A stretch of DNA of 64,000 bases from Minisyncoccota bacterium. Lineage in GTDB: Bacteria > Patescibacteriota > Minisyncoccia > Phycocordibacterales > UBA9973. Within the stretch, counting starts at the first letter, position 1, and each line of letters opens with the position of its first letter. Made by a program: the position numbers and the translations under genes. Shown one piece after another: positions 28,153 through 37,274 of the stretch. The notes under the pieces were generated by a model, which was not told the origin of the DNA, searched no databases, and saw nothing but the letters and a program-made list of their open reading frames with translations. The stretch lies in contig DASYKZ010000008.1 of the NCBI GenBank assembly GCA_035994985.1, forward strand, positions 3,643 to 67,642. The letters are read 5' to 3'.

Positions 28153-28301
28153 AGAAACTAAGAATAGTTTTTTAAAAGTCTTGCGCAGGAGATTAGAAAA
28201 TAAAGAAAGTACTCTTTCTATTATTTTCTTGATTGACGAGCAGGTTCGCTAGCAAAGCTTTGCTAGATAGATTGCTTTTTAAAAATTGATTCTTAGTTTC
28301 T
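28153..28301. repeat. MITE-like element: ~26-bp imperfect terminal inverted repeats (AGAAACTAAGAAT...TTTTTAAAAG) flanking ~95 bp that contains an 18-bp perfect palindrome CTAGCAAAGCTTTGCTAG (28249-28266)
   Basis: left arm 28153-28178 vs reverse complement of 28275-28301 match 13/13 at ends plus T/A run; located in divergent promoter region between ftsK and 28319 gene. Confidence 0.5.
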
Positions 28302-28318
28302 ACCTAAATTGACTTATT

Positions 28319-29074
28319 TTGTCTTTTATAGTTATAATGGACAACATGTTTGGAAATGACCAAAATCTAAAAGACACGGGAGGAAACTCTTTAAAAGACA
28401 CTTTCTCTGCGCCTGTCCCTTACAAAAATACAGACACCTTTTTTGTGCATTATCCAAAGCTCGGGAAGCTCATCACAGCTCTCTACATGGTAACGGACAT
28501 AATGGACAAAGGGGAGCCAGTCCGCTTGAAATTAAGGACATTCGGAACAGAAATTCTATCGGACATACATTCCGCATCAAGGACAGAGCTGAATCAAAAA
28601 ATACAAACTCTCCTCTCCTTTCTGGATATTGCGCTTGCGGTAAGCTTGGTTTCGGAAATGAATTTCAGCATTTTAAAAAAAGAGTTCATAGAACTCAGCC
28701 AGTCTTTGGCGGAGTCAAAAGAATACAGGGAGCCGACTCCGGTAAACCATATATGGCTGGAAGAATTTCTAAAGCCAGAGCAATCTCTCGGCAAGCCGGA
28801 AATGAAAATTCCACAAAAGGGCAAAGATGCTAGCTCTATTCCCGGCCAAGCCAAAGACAGTAATACCTCGAAGAAACAAAGGCGCGATGAGATAATCCAA
28901 GCCATAAGAGACAATGGCAATAATGCTACGATAACCGATGTGAAACTGAAGGCTTCAGGCTCGCTTGTGGCTTGCGGGGAGAAGACTCTGCAAAGAGAAC
29001 TCATAGCTATGGTCAAAGACGGCATTTTAGACAAAACCGGCGAAAAACGGTGGAGTAAATATTACGTGCACTAA
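28319..29074 (+). CDS. hypothetical protein with predicted C-terminal winged-helix DNA-binding domain
   Basis: 251 aa; C-terminal ~70 aa resemble wHTH (RDEIIQAIRDNGNNATITDV ... LIAMVKDGILD). Confidence 0.4.
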   Translation: MSFIVIMDNMFGNDQNLKDTGGNSLKDTFSAPVPYKNTDTFFVHYPKLGKLITALYMVTDIMDKGEPVRLKLRTFGTEILSDIHSASRTELNQKIQTLLSFLDIALAVSLVSEMNFSILKKEFIELSQSLAESKEYREPTPVNHIWLEEFLKPEQSLGKPEMKIPQKGKDASSIPGQAKDSNTSKKQRRDEIIQAIRDNGNNATITDVKLKASGSLVACGEKTLQRELIAMVKDGILDKTGEKRWSKYYVH

Positions 29075-29284
29075 CAACGGTGCCTGCCCGAATCGCTACG
29101 CGAAGCGTTGCGGGCGGGGAGCCGGTATTCTGTCAAAAGTCAGGTTTTTGCCGGGTAGTTTACAGTAAGAAATACCGCATTTGGTCGTCTATTCTATACA
29201 TGTGGAGGCTACTCTTTTCATTTGCATTTTAGATTAAAATATGCAAATATATAAGAGTGGAAATTTGCTTGTTTATTCGAGCAG

Positions 29285-29332
29285 TTATCCACACAGTATA
29301 TATTGCCCTAAGGTAGGACTGTATATATAATG
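29285..29332 (+). promoter_or_regulatory. conserved upstream motif GTTATCCACAnAGTnTAT ... TATATATAAT (contains perfect DnaA-box nonamer TTATCCACA); copy 1
   Basis: same motif at 31875-31920 upstream of paralogous gene at 32000. Confidence 0.45.
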
Positions 29333-29678
29333 TTGTTGTGGTTACGGACTGCGTATTTTTTATGCAATTCGTAATTCGCGCATATCTATTTTTGCTTTAA
29401 TTTTTGTTTGGGATTTCGTCGAAAAAATCTCAAGCGATGACCTAGCGAAAATAGGTTCCCCGGCGAAATAGTTTATTTTGGTCGGGGAAAAGAAAGGTCA
29501 TTGAAAACTGAATAGCTATGTTTTCAATGATGTTAGTTTATCTCTGTTCATTGTTTCCTTGTCCGCCATATTATTAGCAATTATTAATTAGTTAATGGCG
29601 GGTAAAAAATAATGATAGGAAAAAATACGCTTTTAGTTTTGTCGAAACTTATTAATGGCGTAGTAATTATAAAAATTT

Positions 29679-31787
29679 ATGAGTAACTTATTAAAATCAA
29701 AAACTTTTAAAGTTGGAGGTTTAGTCGTAGCTTTGGCTATGATGGTTGCTGTAGGTTCTGCAAGTGCAGCAACTACTACAACAACTAGTACAACTACAAC
29801 TGTAGTTGCTTCTGCGTATACATACTCAGGAGTGATGAAAGCTGGTTCAAAAGGCCCTGGAGTTTCTACTCTACAGGCTGCATTGAACAGTGTACAAACA
29901 ATGCAAATCGTTGTTGACGGATCTTTCGGTCCTGCGACAAAATCTGCTGTGATGGCTTTCCAAGCTTCTCACGGTTTGGTTGCTGACGGTGTTGTCGGTC
30001 CTATGACTGGCGCAAAGCTTACTGAAGCAACAGTCGCTGTTATCACCATCCCTGGTGGTTTCCCAGCAGGTTGTACTTCAAACAACGGATTCAGCACTAC
30101 TACCGGTATGTCATGTGCAGTTAGCACGACTCTTCCAGCAGGTTGTACATCAACTTCTGGATTCAGCCCAACTACTGGCATGTCTTGCGGAAGTGGAACA
30201 TCTGGCGGAACTCTTTCAGGTGGTGAAACTGATGTGAGCAATGTTAGCATCGACGATGCTGATGATGACACAATCACCGAGAATGCAAGCAAGGCTCCTG
30301 TTGCCGACATCCAATTTGATGTCGACGATGCTGATGCTCAGCTTGTTCGCGCTGATGTAGTATTCCAAATTAAAAGTGGTGAAACTGGCGAAGACAAGCC
30401 TTGGGACGCTTTTGACAAGGTTTACTTGATGGACGGTTCTACTGTCCTAGCAAGCATGGATGCAAGCGACTCAGACAATTGGGATGACGCTGCAGACATT
30501 ACTGGTGGCGACACTGGTTCTGATGCACAACGCATTCGTTTCAATGGTATCAACAAAATTTACAAGGAAGGCTCTAACAACAACGAACTTTGGGTAGCTG
30601 TTGATGTGGCTTCTTCTGTTGATGGATCTGACACTGGCAATGACTGGCTCGTAGAAGTTGACGACGAGGGTCTACGCTTCACCGATGGTGCAAGCATAGA
30701 TACTTTTGTTGATACTGATACAGCTTCGGAATCTGCTGGCTTCGCAATTGAAACCTCAGGAGGAAATTCTGACATTACTATCACCAAAGATTCTTCAAGC
30801 CCAGACGCTCAGAATCTAGAAGTGAAAGAAAGCTCTTCTACAACAGCTACTGTTGCAGTCTTCAAAATCAAGGCTGACGAAGACGGTGGTGATATAAAGA
30901 TCGATGATTTCCCAATATCTCTTGCAGTTACTAACTCAGTTGCAACGGTTAGCAACGACCATGTAAACGATGTTGTAGACGATGTTATGATTGTCGTAGA
31001 TGGTCATACATATTCTGCTGATGAATCTCCTGTTACCAATACTCCACAAACATTCCATTTCAGCGATATTGAAGATGATGATGTTGTGGTTAACGCTGGC
31101 GATACAATGACTGTAACTGTAAAGGTTAAATTCAAGTCACAAAGCTCAGGTCCAGTTAACTACGACAACGGTGCTACTGTAATAGCTACATCTGCTGTTG
31201 ATGATAGTGACTTCGAAGACGCTGATACTGGCGATGATGTCGCTACTCAGACTTTGGCCACTCCAAGTGGAGAGACTATGACATTGTTCTCCTCAGGAGT
31301 AGCAATCTCTAACTTCGACTCATCATTCGATACAACATCTGATGGTGGTCTTATCTCAAAGCAAACATTCACAATCGACTTCGATGTGACTGCCTTTGGT
31401 GATACGTTCTACATCCCTAAGCCTGTAGCTCGAGAAACCTCAGCAACAGCTTTGGCTGCTCTCTTGGATGACAGCGCCGGATTGGCCTTCACTGTAGAAA
31501 ACAGTGCTGGTGTTATCCAGAACGCTGGTACCATAGCTTCCGCTAACTCATCTTTGACATCATCTGCTGATACTGATTTCGCTGGGTTCTTCACAGTTAA
31601 CGAAGGTGATACTGAAACCTTCCATGTAACTGTTGAACTTAACGATACCGGTTCTACAGCTGGTTTCTATCACGTACAGCTCACAGAGCTTATGTATGAC
31701 TTAGACAACAGCAATGGTTCTAACGAAGCTGTTTCTACATTCTCTCCTGCTCAAGACTACGAGACTCAGGACGTGAAGGTAGACTAG
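29679..31787 (+). CDS. secreted surface protein: signal peptide, Thr-rich linker, PG_binding_1-like domain, 2x Cys-bracketed 17-aa repeat, large acidic (Asp-rich) beta-rich region
   Basis: GPGVSTLQAALN...DGSFGPATKSAVMAFQASHGLVADGVVGP matches peptidoglycan-binding domain consensus; repeats AGCTSNNGFSTTTGMSC / AGCTSTSGFSPTTGMSC. Confidence 0.6.
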   Translation: MSNLLKSKTFKVGGLVVALAMMVAVGSASAATTTTTSTTTTVVASAYTYSGVMKAGSKGPGVSTLQAALNSVQTMQIVVDGSFGPATKSAVMAFQASHGLVADGVVGPMTGAKLTEATVAVITIPGGFPAGCTSNNGFSTTTGMSCAVSTTLPAGCTSTSGFSPTTGMSCGSGTSGGTLSGGETDVSNVSIDDADDDTITENASKAPVADIQFDVDDADAQLVRADVVFQIKSGETGEDKPWDAFDKVYLMDGSTVLASMDASDSDNWDDAADITGGDTGSDAQRIRFNGINKIYKEGSNNNELWVAVDVASSVDGSDTGNDWLVEVDDEGLRFTDGASIDTFVDTDTASESAGFAIETSGGNSDITITKDSSSPDAQNLEVKESSSTTATVAVFKIKADEDGGDIKIDDFPISLAVTNSVATVSNDHVNDVVDDVMIVVDGHTYSADESPVTNTPQTFHFSDIEDDDVVVNAGDTMTVTVKVKFKSQSSGPVNYDNGATVIATSAVDDSDFEDADTGDDVATQTLATPSGETMTLFSSGVAISNFDSSFDTTSDGGLISKQTFTIDFDVTAFGDTFYIPKPVARETSATALAALLDDSAGLAFTVENSAGVIQNAGTIASANSSLTSSADTDFAGFFTVNEGDTETFHVTVELNDTGSTAGFYHVQLTELMYDLDNSNGSNEAVSTFSPAQDYETQDVKVD

Positions 31788-31835
31788 TAGCTTAGTTACC
31801 ATCTCTACACTGGCTGATACACCTTAGAACGTATC

Positions 31836-31868
31836 TAAAAAACCACCCCTTACCCGGGTGGTTTTTTG
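31836..31868 (+). terminator. intrinsic terminator
   Basis: aaaaaaccaccccttacccgggtggtttttt. Confidence 0.7.
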
Positions 31869-31875
31869 TTTGGGG

Positions 31876-31920
31876 TTATCCACAGTCTATTGCGTTTGTG
31901 AGTCTATATCTGCTATAATT
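31876..31920 (+). promoter_or_regulatory. conserved upstream motif with TTATCCACA nonamer; copy 2
   Basis: ggttatccacagtctat ... tgctataattatatatag. Confidence 0.45.
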
Positions 31921-31999
31921 ATATATAGCTTTATTAAAAAGCGCTTAGTTGTTAGGTCTTTATTATAAATCATTATTAATTAGCATTAAATAAAATCAT

Positions 32000-34012
32000 A
32001 TGAGTAATATTAAAAAAGTTTTAGGTCTAAGCATGGCTGTTTTAGCCGTTGCTTTTGTTTTTAGTTTTTCTGCTCCGAAAGCAGAAGCAGCGGCGACAGT
32101 ATGTACTGCAACTGCTACAGGTCTATGGAGCGCAGCTACTACATGGGACGCTGTTTGTAATGGAAGTGATGCCGCTATTCCTGACGCAGATGATACTATC
32201 GTAATTAACAGTGGCGTGGTTGTTACTGTAGATGCAGGCAACCCTTCAGTCGCAGGCATTACAATCAATAGTGCGGCTGCTGCAAACGGGCTTATAATTT
32301 CAACAGGGCAAACTCTGACAGATACAGGTAGTTTGGCATATGTAGCAAACGCAGGAACCGCTGACCAGACTATAACCATAGCTGGTACAGGAGCTCTTTC
32401 AGTTGCTACTACTTCTACGATTCCTGCTCCTACTAATACTGGTAGTTCAATAATAACTATTACTGGCGCAGGAACATTTACAGCGACTGGAACCTTAGCG
32501 CTTACGGGAGGCGCTACTGCGGGAAATGTAACTGTTGCAGTAGGCGCAGGTACTTTGGCTGCTGGGGGTGCTGTTAACATTACCGGAGCAGCTGGTCCTG
32601 GAGTAGCTCAAATTACAGTAAGTACTGGAGCTATGACTACTGTTGGCGCTGCTACTCTTGCTGGGTCAGCTACCACAGCTAAATTAACTTTTACAGGTGC
32701 CGGCACAAGAACTCTTGCATCTTTGACTGATACTCTTGGAGATGTTGACCTTACGGGTACAACTGGAATTACTGGTGGGCTTACTTATACAGCTGGTACA
32801 TTTGATATAAATGCTGGTACAACAACAGTTGGCGGGGCTACAACAATTGCTGCTAGTAAAACACTTGTAATAGCAAGTGGAGCAACAGGTAATTTTGCAG
32901 CGGTAACTGGTACAGGATCAGCAGCTATAACAAATGCTGGTACTCTTAGTACTGCAGCTTTAACCTTGGGTGCAGGAGGAGCATTAACAAACTCTGGCAC
33001 ATCAACTTCTTCAGGTACTATTACTTTAGGCGCAGCAGCAACTGTCACAAACTCTGGCACAATGACTGCTTCCGGTACTTTTGGTACAGGGGCTGGTGTC
33101 GTTGTAAACACTGGCACATTGAACCTTGCTGGAGCTACTACTAATGCTTTGAATGTCACAACGTTGACTGCAAGTACTTCAGGTATCGTTGATTATAATT
33201 TAGCTGCAGCTCAGACAATCATGACTGGAGCTTATTACGATCTTAAACTTACTGGTGGTAGTAGTGCAGTAAAGACTATTGCCGCTACTTCCTCTGTTGC
33301 TCACGATTTGACCATAGCAACAGCTACTCTAGCTAGTTTGACTAACGGTGGTGCTTCCACTGCTGCCTTCATGATTCTTGGTACCAACGACTCGAATCCT
33401 GGTACTTGGGGCGGTACTTCTTCTGCAGCATCATTTACAAATTCCACTTTCTTTTCCACAGGACCAACAGGTACCATCGATGTGGACCATGAACACGGCA
33501 GCAGCACTGTGACTCACCACAGTGGTGGAGGAGGAAATTCATCTTCTAGTTCTTCATCATCTTCAACAACTACTACTCCTACTGACACTACTACAACTAC
33601 AACTGACGCAGGTTGCGTAAATGGTAATGCTTTCAGTGCAACAACTGGAAAAAAGTGTACTTCTACAACAACCACTACGACTGCAACAGTCGCACCTGGA
33701 TGTGAGAATGGACACATATTCAGCTCAGTAGACGGCAAGAAGTGTGCAGTTATCGCTTCTACCACAACTACTACGACAACCACAACCTCTACTACAGGTT
33801 TTGGAAGCGCTGTAACAAAGCTAGGCAGTAAGGGAACAGCTTGCTTGGCTTGGCAGACATTCTTCAACAACAAAGCTAATGCTGGCCTAGTCTTGGACGG
33901 AAACTGCGGACCAAAAACTATGGCTGCAGCGAAAGCTTGGCAGGCATCTGCCGGCTTGGTAGCTGACGGACTTCTTGGCCCAAAGAGTATCGCCAAGGCA
34001 TTGAGCATGTAA
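32000..34012 (+). CDS. secreted surface protein: signal peptide, long Thr/Gly/Ala-rich beta-helix-like repeats, 2x Cys-bracketed repeat, C-terminal PG_binding_1-like domain
   Basis: DAGCVNGNAFSATTGKKC / PGCENGHIFSSVDGKKC then LGSKGTACLAWQTFFN...DGNCGPKTMAAAKAWQASAGLVADGLLGP. Confidence 0.6.
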   Translation: MSNIKKVLGLSMAVLAVAFVFSFSAPKAEAAATVCTATATGLWSAATTWDAVCNGSDAAIPDADDTIVINSGVVVTVDAGNPSVAGITINSAAAANGLIISTGQTLTDTGSLAYVANAGTADQTITIAGTGALSVATTSTIPAPTNTGSSIITITGAGTFTATGTLALTGGATAGNVTVAVGAGTLAAGGAVNITGAAGPGVAQITVSTGAMTTVGAATLAGSATTAKLTFTGAGTRTLASLTDTLGDVDLTGTTGITGGLTYTAGTFDINAGTTTVGGATTIAASKTLVIASGATGNFAAVTGTGSAAITNAGTLSTAALTLGAGGALTNSGTSTSSGTITLGAAATVTNSGTMTASGTFGTGAGVVVNTGTLNLAGATTNALNVTTLTASTSGIVDYNLAAAQTIMTGAYYDLKLTGGSSAVKTIAATSSVAHDLTIATATLASLTNGGASTAAFMILGTNDSNPGTWGGTSSAASFTNSTFFSTGPTGTIDVDHEHGSSTVTHHSGGGGNSSSSSSSSSTTTTPTDTTTTTTDAGCVNGNAFSATTGKKCTSTTTTTTATVAPGCENGHIFSSVDGKKCAVIASTTTTTTTTTSTTGFGSAVTKLGSKGTACLAWQTFFNNKANAGLVLDGNCGPKTMAAAKAWQASAGLVADGLLGPKSIAKALSM

Positions 34013-34044
34013 CAAAACTTGAGCCTCTGGCTTAAGTAAAGAAA

Positions 34045-34076
34045 CTAAAAACCGCCCTCTTTGGGCGGTTTTTAGT
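34045..34076 (+). terminator. intrinsic terminator
   Basis: aaaaaccgccctctttgggcggttttt. Confidence 0.7.
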
Positions 34077-34116
34077 TGGTTGACTTTTAAAATTACTTTG
34101 TATATACTTTAGGTAT

Positions 34117-34386
34117 ATGAAAACATCAGCATTAAGCATTAAAATAGACCCGAAAGTAAAGCATGAGGCACAAAAAGTTGCCGACCAGCTTGGCTTTTCT
34201 CTTTCCGCTATCATAAACGCTTCACTTAAAAATTTAGTTCGCTCTAAGACCGTATCTTATTCTCTGTTAGAGCCTGCACCGCTTTTGAAAAAAGCTATTA
34301 CTTCTGCTCGCGCGGAACGCGCTCGCGGCAAGTCTGCCGGCCCATTTTATTCATCTAAAGATATGATGAAATCACTCACGTCTTAA
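34117..34386 (+). CDS. dinJ: type II antitoxin, RelB/DinJ family
   Basis: 89 aa; ribbon-helix-helix N-terminus (LSIKIDPKVKHEAQKVADQLGFSLSAIINASLKNLV) typical of DinJ. Confidence 0.7.
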   Translation: MKTSALSIKIDPKVKHEAQKVADQLGFSLSAIINASLKNLVRSKTVSYSLLEPAPLLKKAITSARAERARGKSAGPFYSSKDMMKSLTS

Positions 34387-34390
34387 TTTT

Positions 34391-34651
34391 ATGACTGTTG
34401 CCTATAGCCGGATTTTCAAAAAAATGTTCAAGAAAAAGAATGCTTGGGTGCAAAACAAATTCGGAGAACGTCTTTCTCTGTTTATGAAAGATAGAAACAA
34501 TCCAACACTGAACAATCACCCGCTTGGTGGAATATGGGCGGGTTGTAGAAGCATAAATATAACTGGAGATTTTCGGGCGGTGTACGAAGAGCTCGGCGAT
34601 GACCAATTTCAATTTATTGCGATAGGTACACACAGCGAGCTATACACATAA
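34391..34651 (+). CDS. yafQ: type II toxin, YafQ/RelE family mRNA interferase
   Basis: 86 aa; HPLGGIWAGCRSINITGDFRAVY pattern of YafQ (H..L.G.w.g.re.HI..D..liY); 5-nt gap after antitoxin. Confidence 0.7.
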   Translation: MTVAYSRIFKKMFKKKNAWVQNKFGERLSLFMKDRNNPTLNNHPLGGIWAGCRSINITGDFRAVYEELGDDQFQFIAIGTHSELYT

Positions 34652-34723
34652 GAAGTTTTTATTACACTATTACAACCAAAGGTTGAGCTTTGCAAAAGTT
34701 TCACCACAAGGTACAATTAGAGC

Positions 34724-34909
34724 ATGTTTGCAATCATAATGAAGATTTTTTATCTGGTAGTCATATTGCCCTTTTATATATTCCAGGAAGGCAATGAGCT
34801 CTTGGTAAAGTCTTTAAAACATAGAGGCATATACTGGGATTCGTGGTATTCCTTGCTCTGCTTGCTTATTCTATTGGTAATCATTTTATTATTGATGGGG
34901 TATTATTAA
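34724..34909 (+). CDS. small hydrophobic membrane peptide
   Basis: 61 aa, two TM segments; a second 49-aa TM peptide ORF follows on + strand at 34919-35068. Confidence 0.25.
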   Translation: MFAIIMKIFYLVVILPFYIFQEGNELLVKSLKHRGIYWDSWYSLLCLLILLVIILLLMGYY

Positions 34910-35173
34910 AAATTATTTATGTTTAATAAGCATTTTTTTAAAATGGCCGTCACTTTCATAGGCATCATAATTCTCGGCCTGATTGGAGTCTTTGTGGTCG
35001 GCAATATGGAGAAGGGAGACAAGCAGGATACAACAGACACGTCTTCTACGTGTTGCAAAGCAAAATAATTGTGATATAGTGTATATGCCGCAAAGAAGAT
35101 AGGTGCATATATGCATAAATCCTATCTAGTGGGTCGACGGCTGTTTGCCGTTTTTTTAATTTAAAAACCAATT

Positions 35174-35653
35174 ATGTTATTAAAATCAAAAAAAGAAGAA
35201 ATAATCAAAGACCTTGAAGGAGCCATCAAAGAATCGCAATCTGTGGTGTTTGTGAATTTTCACGGGCTCAAAGTGAGCGACGAGACAGCGCTCCGCCGGG
35301 ATTTGCGGAATGAAGGCGTGAATTACAAGGTATCCCGAAAGACGTTGCTCAAGCGCGCGCTCACGGGCAAGGCCGGAGGAGAAATTCCGGAGCTCTCCGG
35401 CGAAGTGGCTATAGCTTACTCAAAGGATGAGACATCAAGCCCGCGGGAAATTTACAACTTTCAAAAAACCCATAAAGGAGCCTTGAGCATTTTAGGAGGA
35501 ATATTTGGAGGGCAGTTTGTCGGCGGAGAGAGGATGATGGAAATAGCCACCATCCCAAGCAGGGAAGTATTGCTGTCCAAGATTGCATTCTTGCTAAAGA
35601 GCCCTATGCAGCGTTTTGCGCTGGCCTTGAGCGAAGTGGCCAAGAAGAAGTAG
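35174..35653 (+). CDS. rplJ: 50S ribosomal protein L10
   Basis: KEEIIKDLEGAIKESQSVVFVNFHGLKVSDETALRRDLRNEGVNYKVSRKTLLKRAL. Confidence 0.85.
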   Translation: MLLKSKKEEIIKDLEGAIKESQSVVFVNFHGLKVSDETALRRDLRNEGVNYKVSRKTLLKRALTGKAGGEIPELSGEVAIAYSKDETSSPREIYNFQKTHKGALSILGGIFGGQFVGGERMMEIATIPSREVLLSKIAFLLKSPMQRFALALSEVAKKK

Positions 35654-35733
35654 AAATTTACACATTATAAAAATTAATTTAAAAAATAGCGTCGCGCCGA
35701 AAGGACTTACGCGACGTGATTTAGCAAAATCAT

Positions 35734-36102
35734 ATGAATAAAGATACATTGTTAGAATGGTTAGACAAAGCGACGACTCTCGAACTAAACGACATCGTCA
35801 AGGCTATAGAAGAAAAGTTTGGCGTATCAGCTGCTGCTGTAGCAGTATCAGGCGGTGCGGCGGCGTCCGGCGCTGAAGCCGCAGAAGAACAGAGCACTTT
35901 CTCTGTCGTCCTGACTTCAGCCGGCGAAGCTAAAATCGCCGTGATGAAGGTGGTCAAAGAAGCGCTGGCCCTTGGCCTCAAAGACGCTAAGGACCTGGTA
36001 GACGCCGCTCCTTCAACCCTAAAAGAGGGAATGAAGAAAGAGGAAGCAAACGACCTCAAGAAGAAAATTGAGGAAGCAGGAGGGAAAGTCGAATTGAAAT
36101 AA
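35734..36102 (+). CDS. rplL: 50S ribosomal protein L7/L12
   Basis: Ala-rich hinge and C-terminal domain ...[27 protein letters not shown]. Confidence 0.9.
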   Translation: MNKDTLLEWLDKATTLELNDIVKAIEEKFGVSAAAVAVSGGAAASGAEAAEEQSTFSVVLTSAGEAKIAVMKVVKEALALGLKDAKDLVDAAPSTLKEGMKKEEANDLKKKIEEAGGKVELK

Positions 36103-36129
36103 TCAATCAAAATAAAGCTAAAAAATACC

Positions 36130-36160
36130 CAGCAGATGCTGGGTATTTTGATATATAATA
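36130..36160 (+). terminator. intrinsic terminator after rplL
   Basis: aaaatacccagcagatgctgggtatttt. Confidence 0.7.
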
Positions 36161-36199
36161 TAAGTGTAACAAGTCACTTACTGGTACGTCATACTAACT

Positions 36200-37249
36200 A
36201 TGAAAAAATATACATTATTTTTGGCGAGTTTCGTCTTTATTATTCTTAGCTTATTTAGTTTTAACATAAATTCTGCGAGTGCCGCCAATTGCGCACCCGG
36301 GGATTTGTTTGATACGTCTACCGGCCAGTCTTGCAGTAATATAGATGCGACAGCAGGATGCCAGAGCGGCTATTTATTTAGCCCGCTTACCGGCAAACCT
36401 TGTTTTGTATCACCTCGTCCTTTATGCCCAATTGTACTGGCCGAGGATTTTAGAATTGGCGCAAAGGGAGAAAGTGTCCGGGCATTTCAGCAAATGTTAA
36501 TAGATGCTGGTTTCTTTCCTGGGAAAATCGATGGAATTTATGGTCCTATTACTTCTGCGGCCGGCATAAATTATTATAAAAAATGCCCTAAGCCTTTCCC
36601 GTCTCCAGATGCTCCAATCATTAGCGGCGTAAGTGGTCCGCAATCATTAAACGTAAATCAACAAGGGACGTGGACCATTACAGCTTCAAGTGCAACCGGA
36701 GGAAATCTTTCTTATTCGGTTGTTTGGGGAGACATGGTTTACATACCTGAGTCAGGAATAAAATTTGATGTGACCCAACAGTCCGCTACATTTACCCATA
36801 GCTATTCTCTACCGGGAACATACACACCACAATTTACTGTCACCAGCGCAAATACAATAAATTGCATCACGGCTCCGTGCCCTTCTAACGCGGGAAGCGC
36901 GCAAGCAAGTTTGAGCGTGAACGTAGGCGGAATATCAGCTAGTAGTCCAGTGATTACTTCTATTTCTCCTGTTTCGGGCAGAGTCGGCACAAAAATTACC
37001 ATTACCGGAAAAGACTTTGCCTCTACTGGCAACAGCGTCAAGTTTGGCAAAGGGTATATAAACGGACTTGATTCAAATACTGACGGCACATCTATAACTT
37101 TTACGCTGCCGAGCGGCATGGGAGTTTGCCGTGGTGACGCAGAAATATGTATTGCCCTCGCTATGCAGGTTTCGCCCGGCACGTACGAGGTTTCGGTATG
37201 GAACACGCATAATACCAGCAACTTAGCTTATTTCACAGTAACTGAATAA
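36200..37249 (+). CDS. secreted protein: signal peptide, 2x Cys-bracketed repeat, PG_binding_1-like domain, C-terminal IPT/TIG-like domain
   Basis: ANCAPGDLFDTSTGQSC / AGCQSGYLFSPLTGKPC; FRIGAKGESVRAFQQMLIDAGFFPGKIDGIYGPITSAA; PVITSISPVSGRVGTKITITGKDF. Confidence 0.55.
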   Translation: MKKYTLFLASFVFIILSLFSFNINSASAANCAPGDLFDTSTGQSCSNIDATAGCQSGYLFSPLTGKPCFVSPRPLCPIVLAEDFRIGAKGESVRAFQQMLIDAGFFPGKIDGIYGPITSAAGINYYKKCPKPFPSPDAPIISGVSGPQSLNVNQQGTWTITASSATGGNLSYSVVWGDMVYIPESGIKFDVTQQSATFTHSYSLPGTYTPQFTVTSANTINCITAPCPSNAGSAQASLSVNVGGISASSPVITSISPVSGRVGTKITITGKDFASTGNSVKFGKGYINGLDSNTDGTSITFTLPSGMGVCRGDAEICIALAMQVSPGTYEVSVWNTHNTSNLAYFTVTE

Positions 37250-37274
37250 ATAAAACTATATATCTTGATTTTTC

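Noticed and set aside
29285-31884. The two perfect DnaA boxes as a chromosomal replication origin
   Set aside because: There are only two boxes, 2.6 kb apart. They are separated by a large gene, with no dnaA/dnaN, AT-rich DUE or box cluster. Interpreted as a shared promoter motif instead.
31996-34008. Minus-strand ORFs of 124-194 aa antisense to the Thr/Gly/Ala-rich surface-protein gene
   Set aside because: They are artefacts of low-complexity GCN/ACN-rich coding sequence. The + strand gene has a signal peptide, terminator and recognisable domains.
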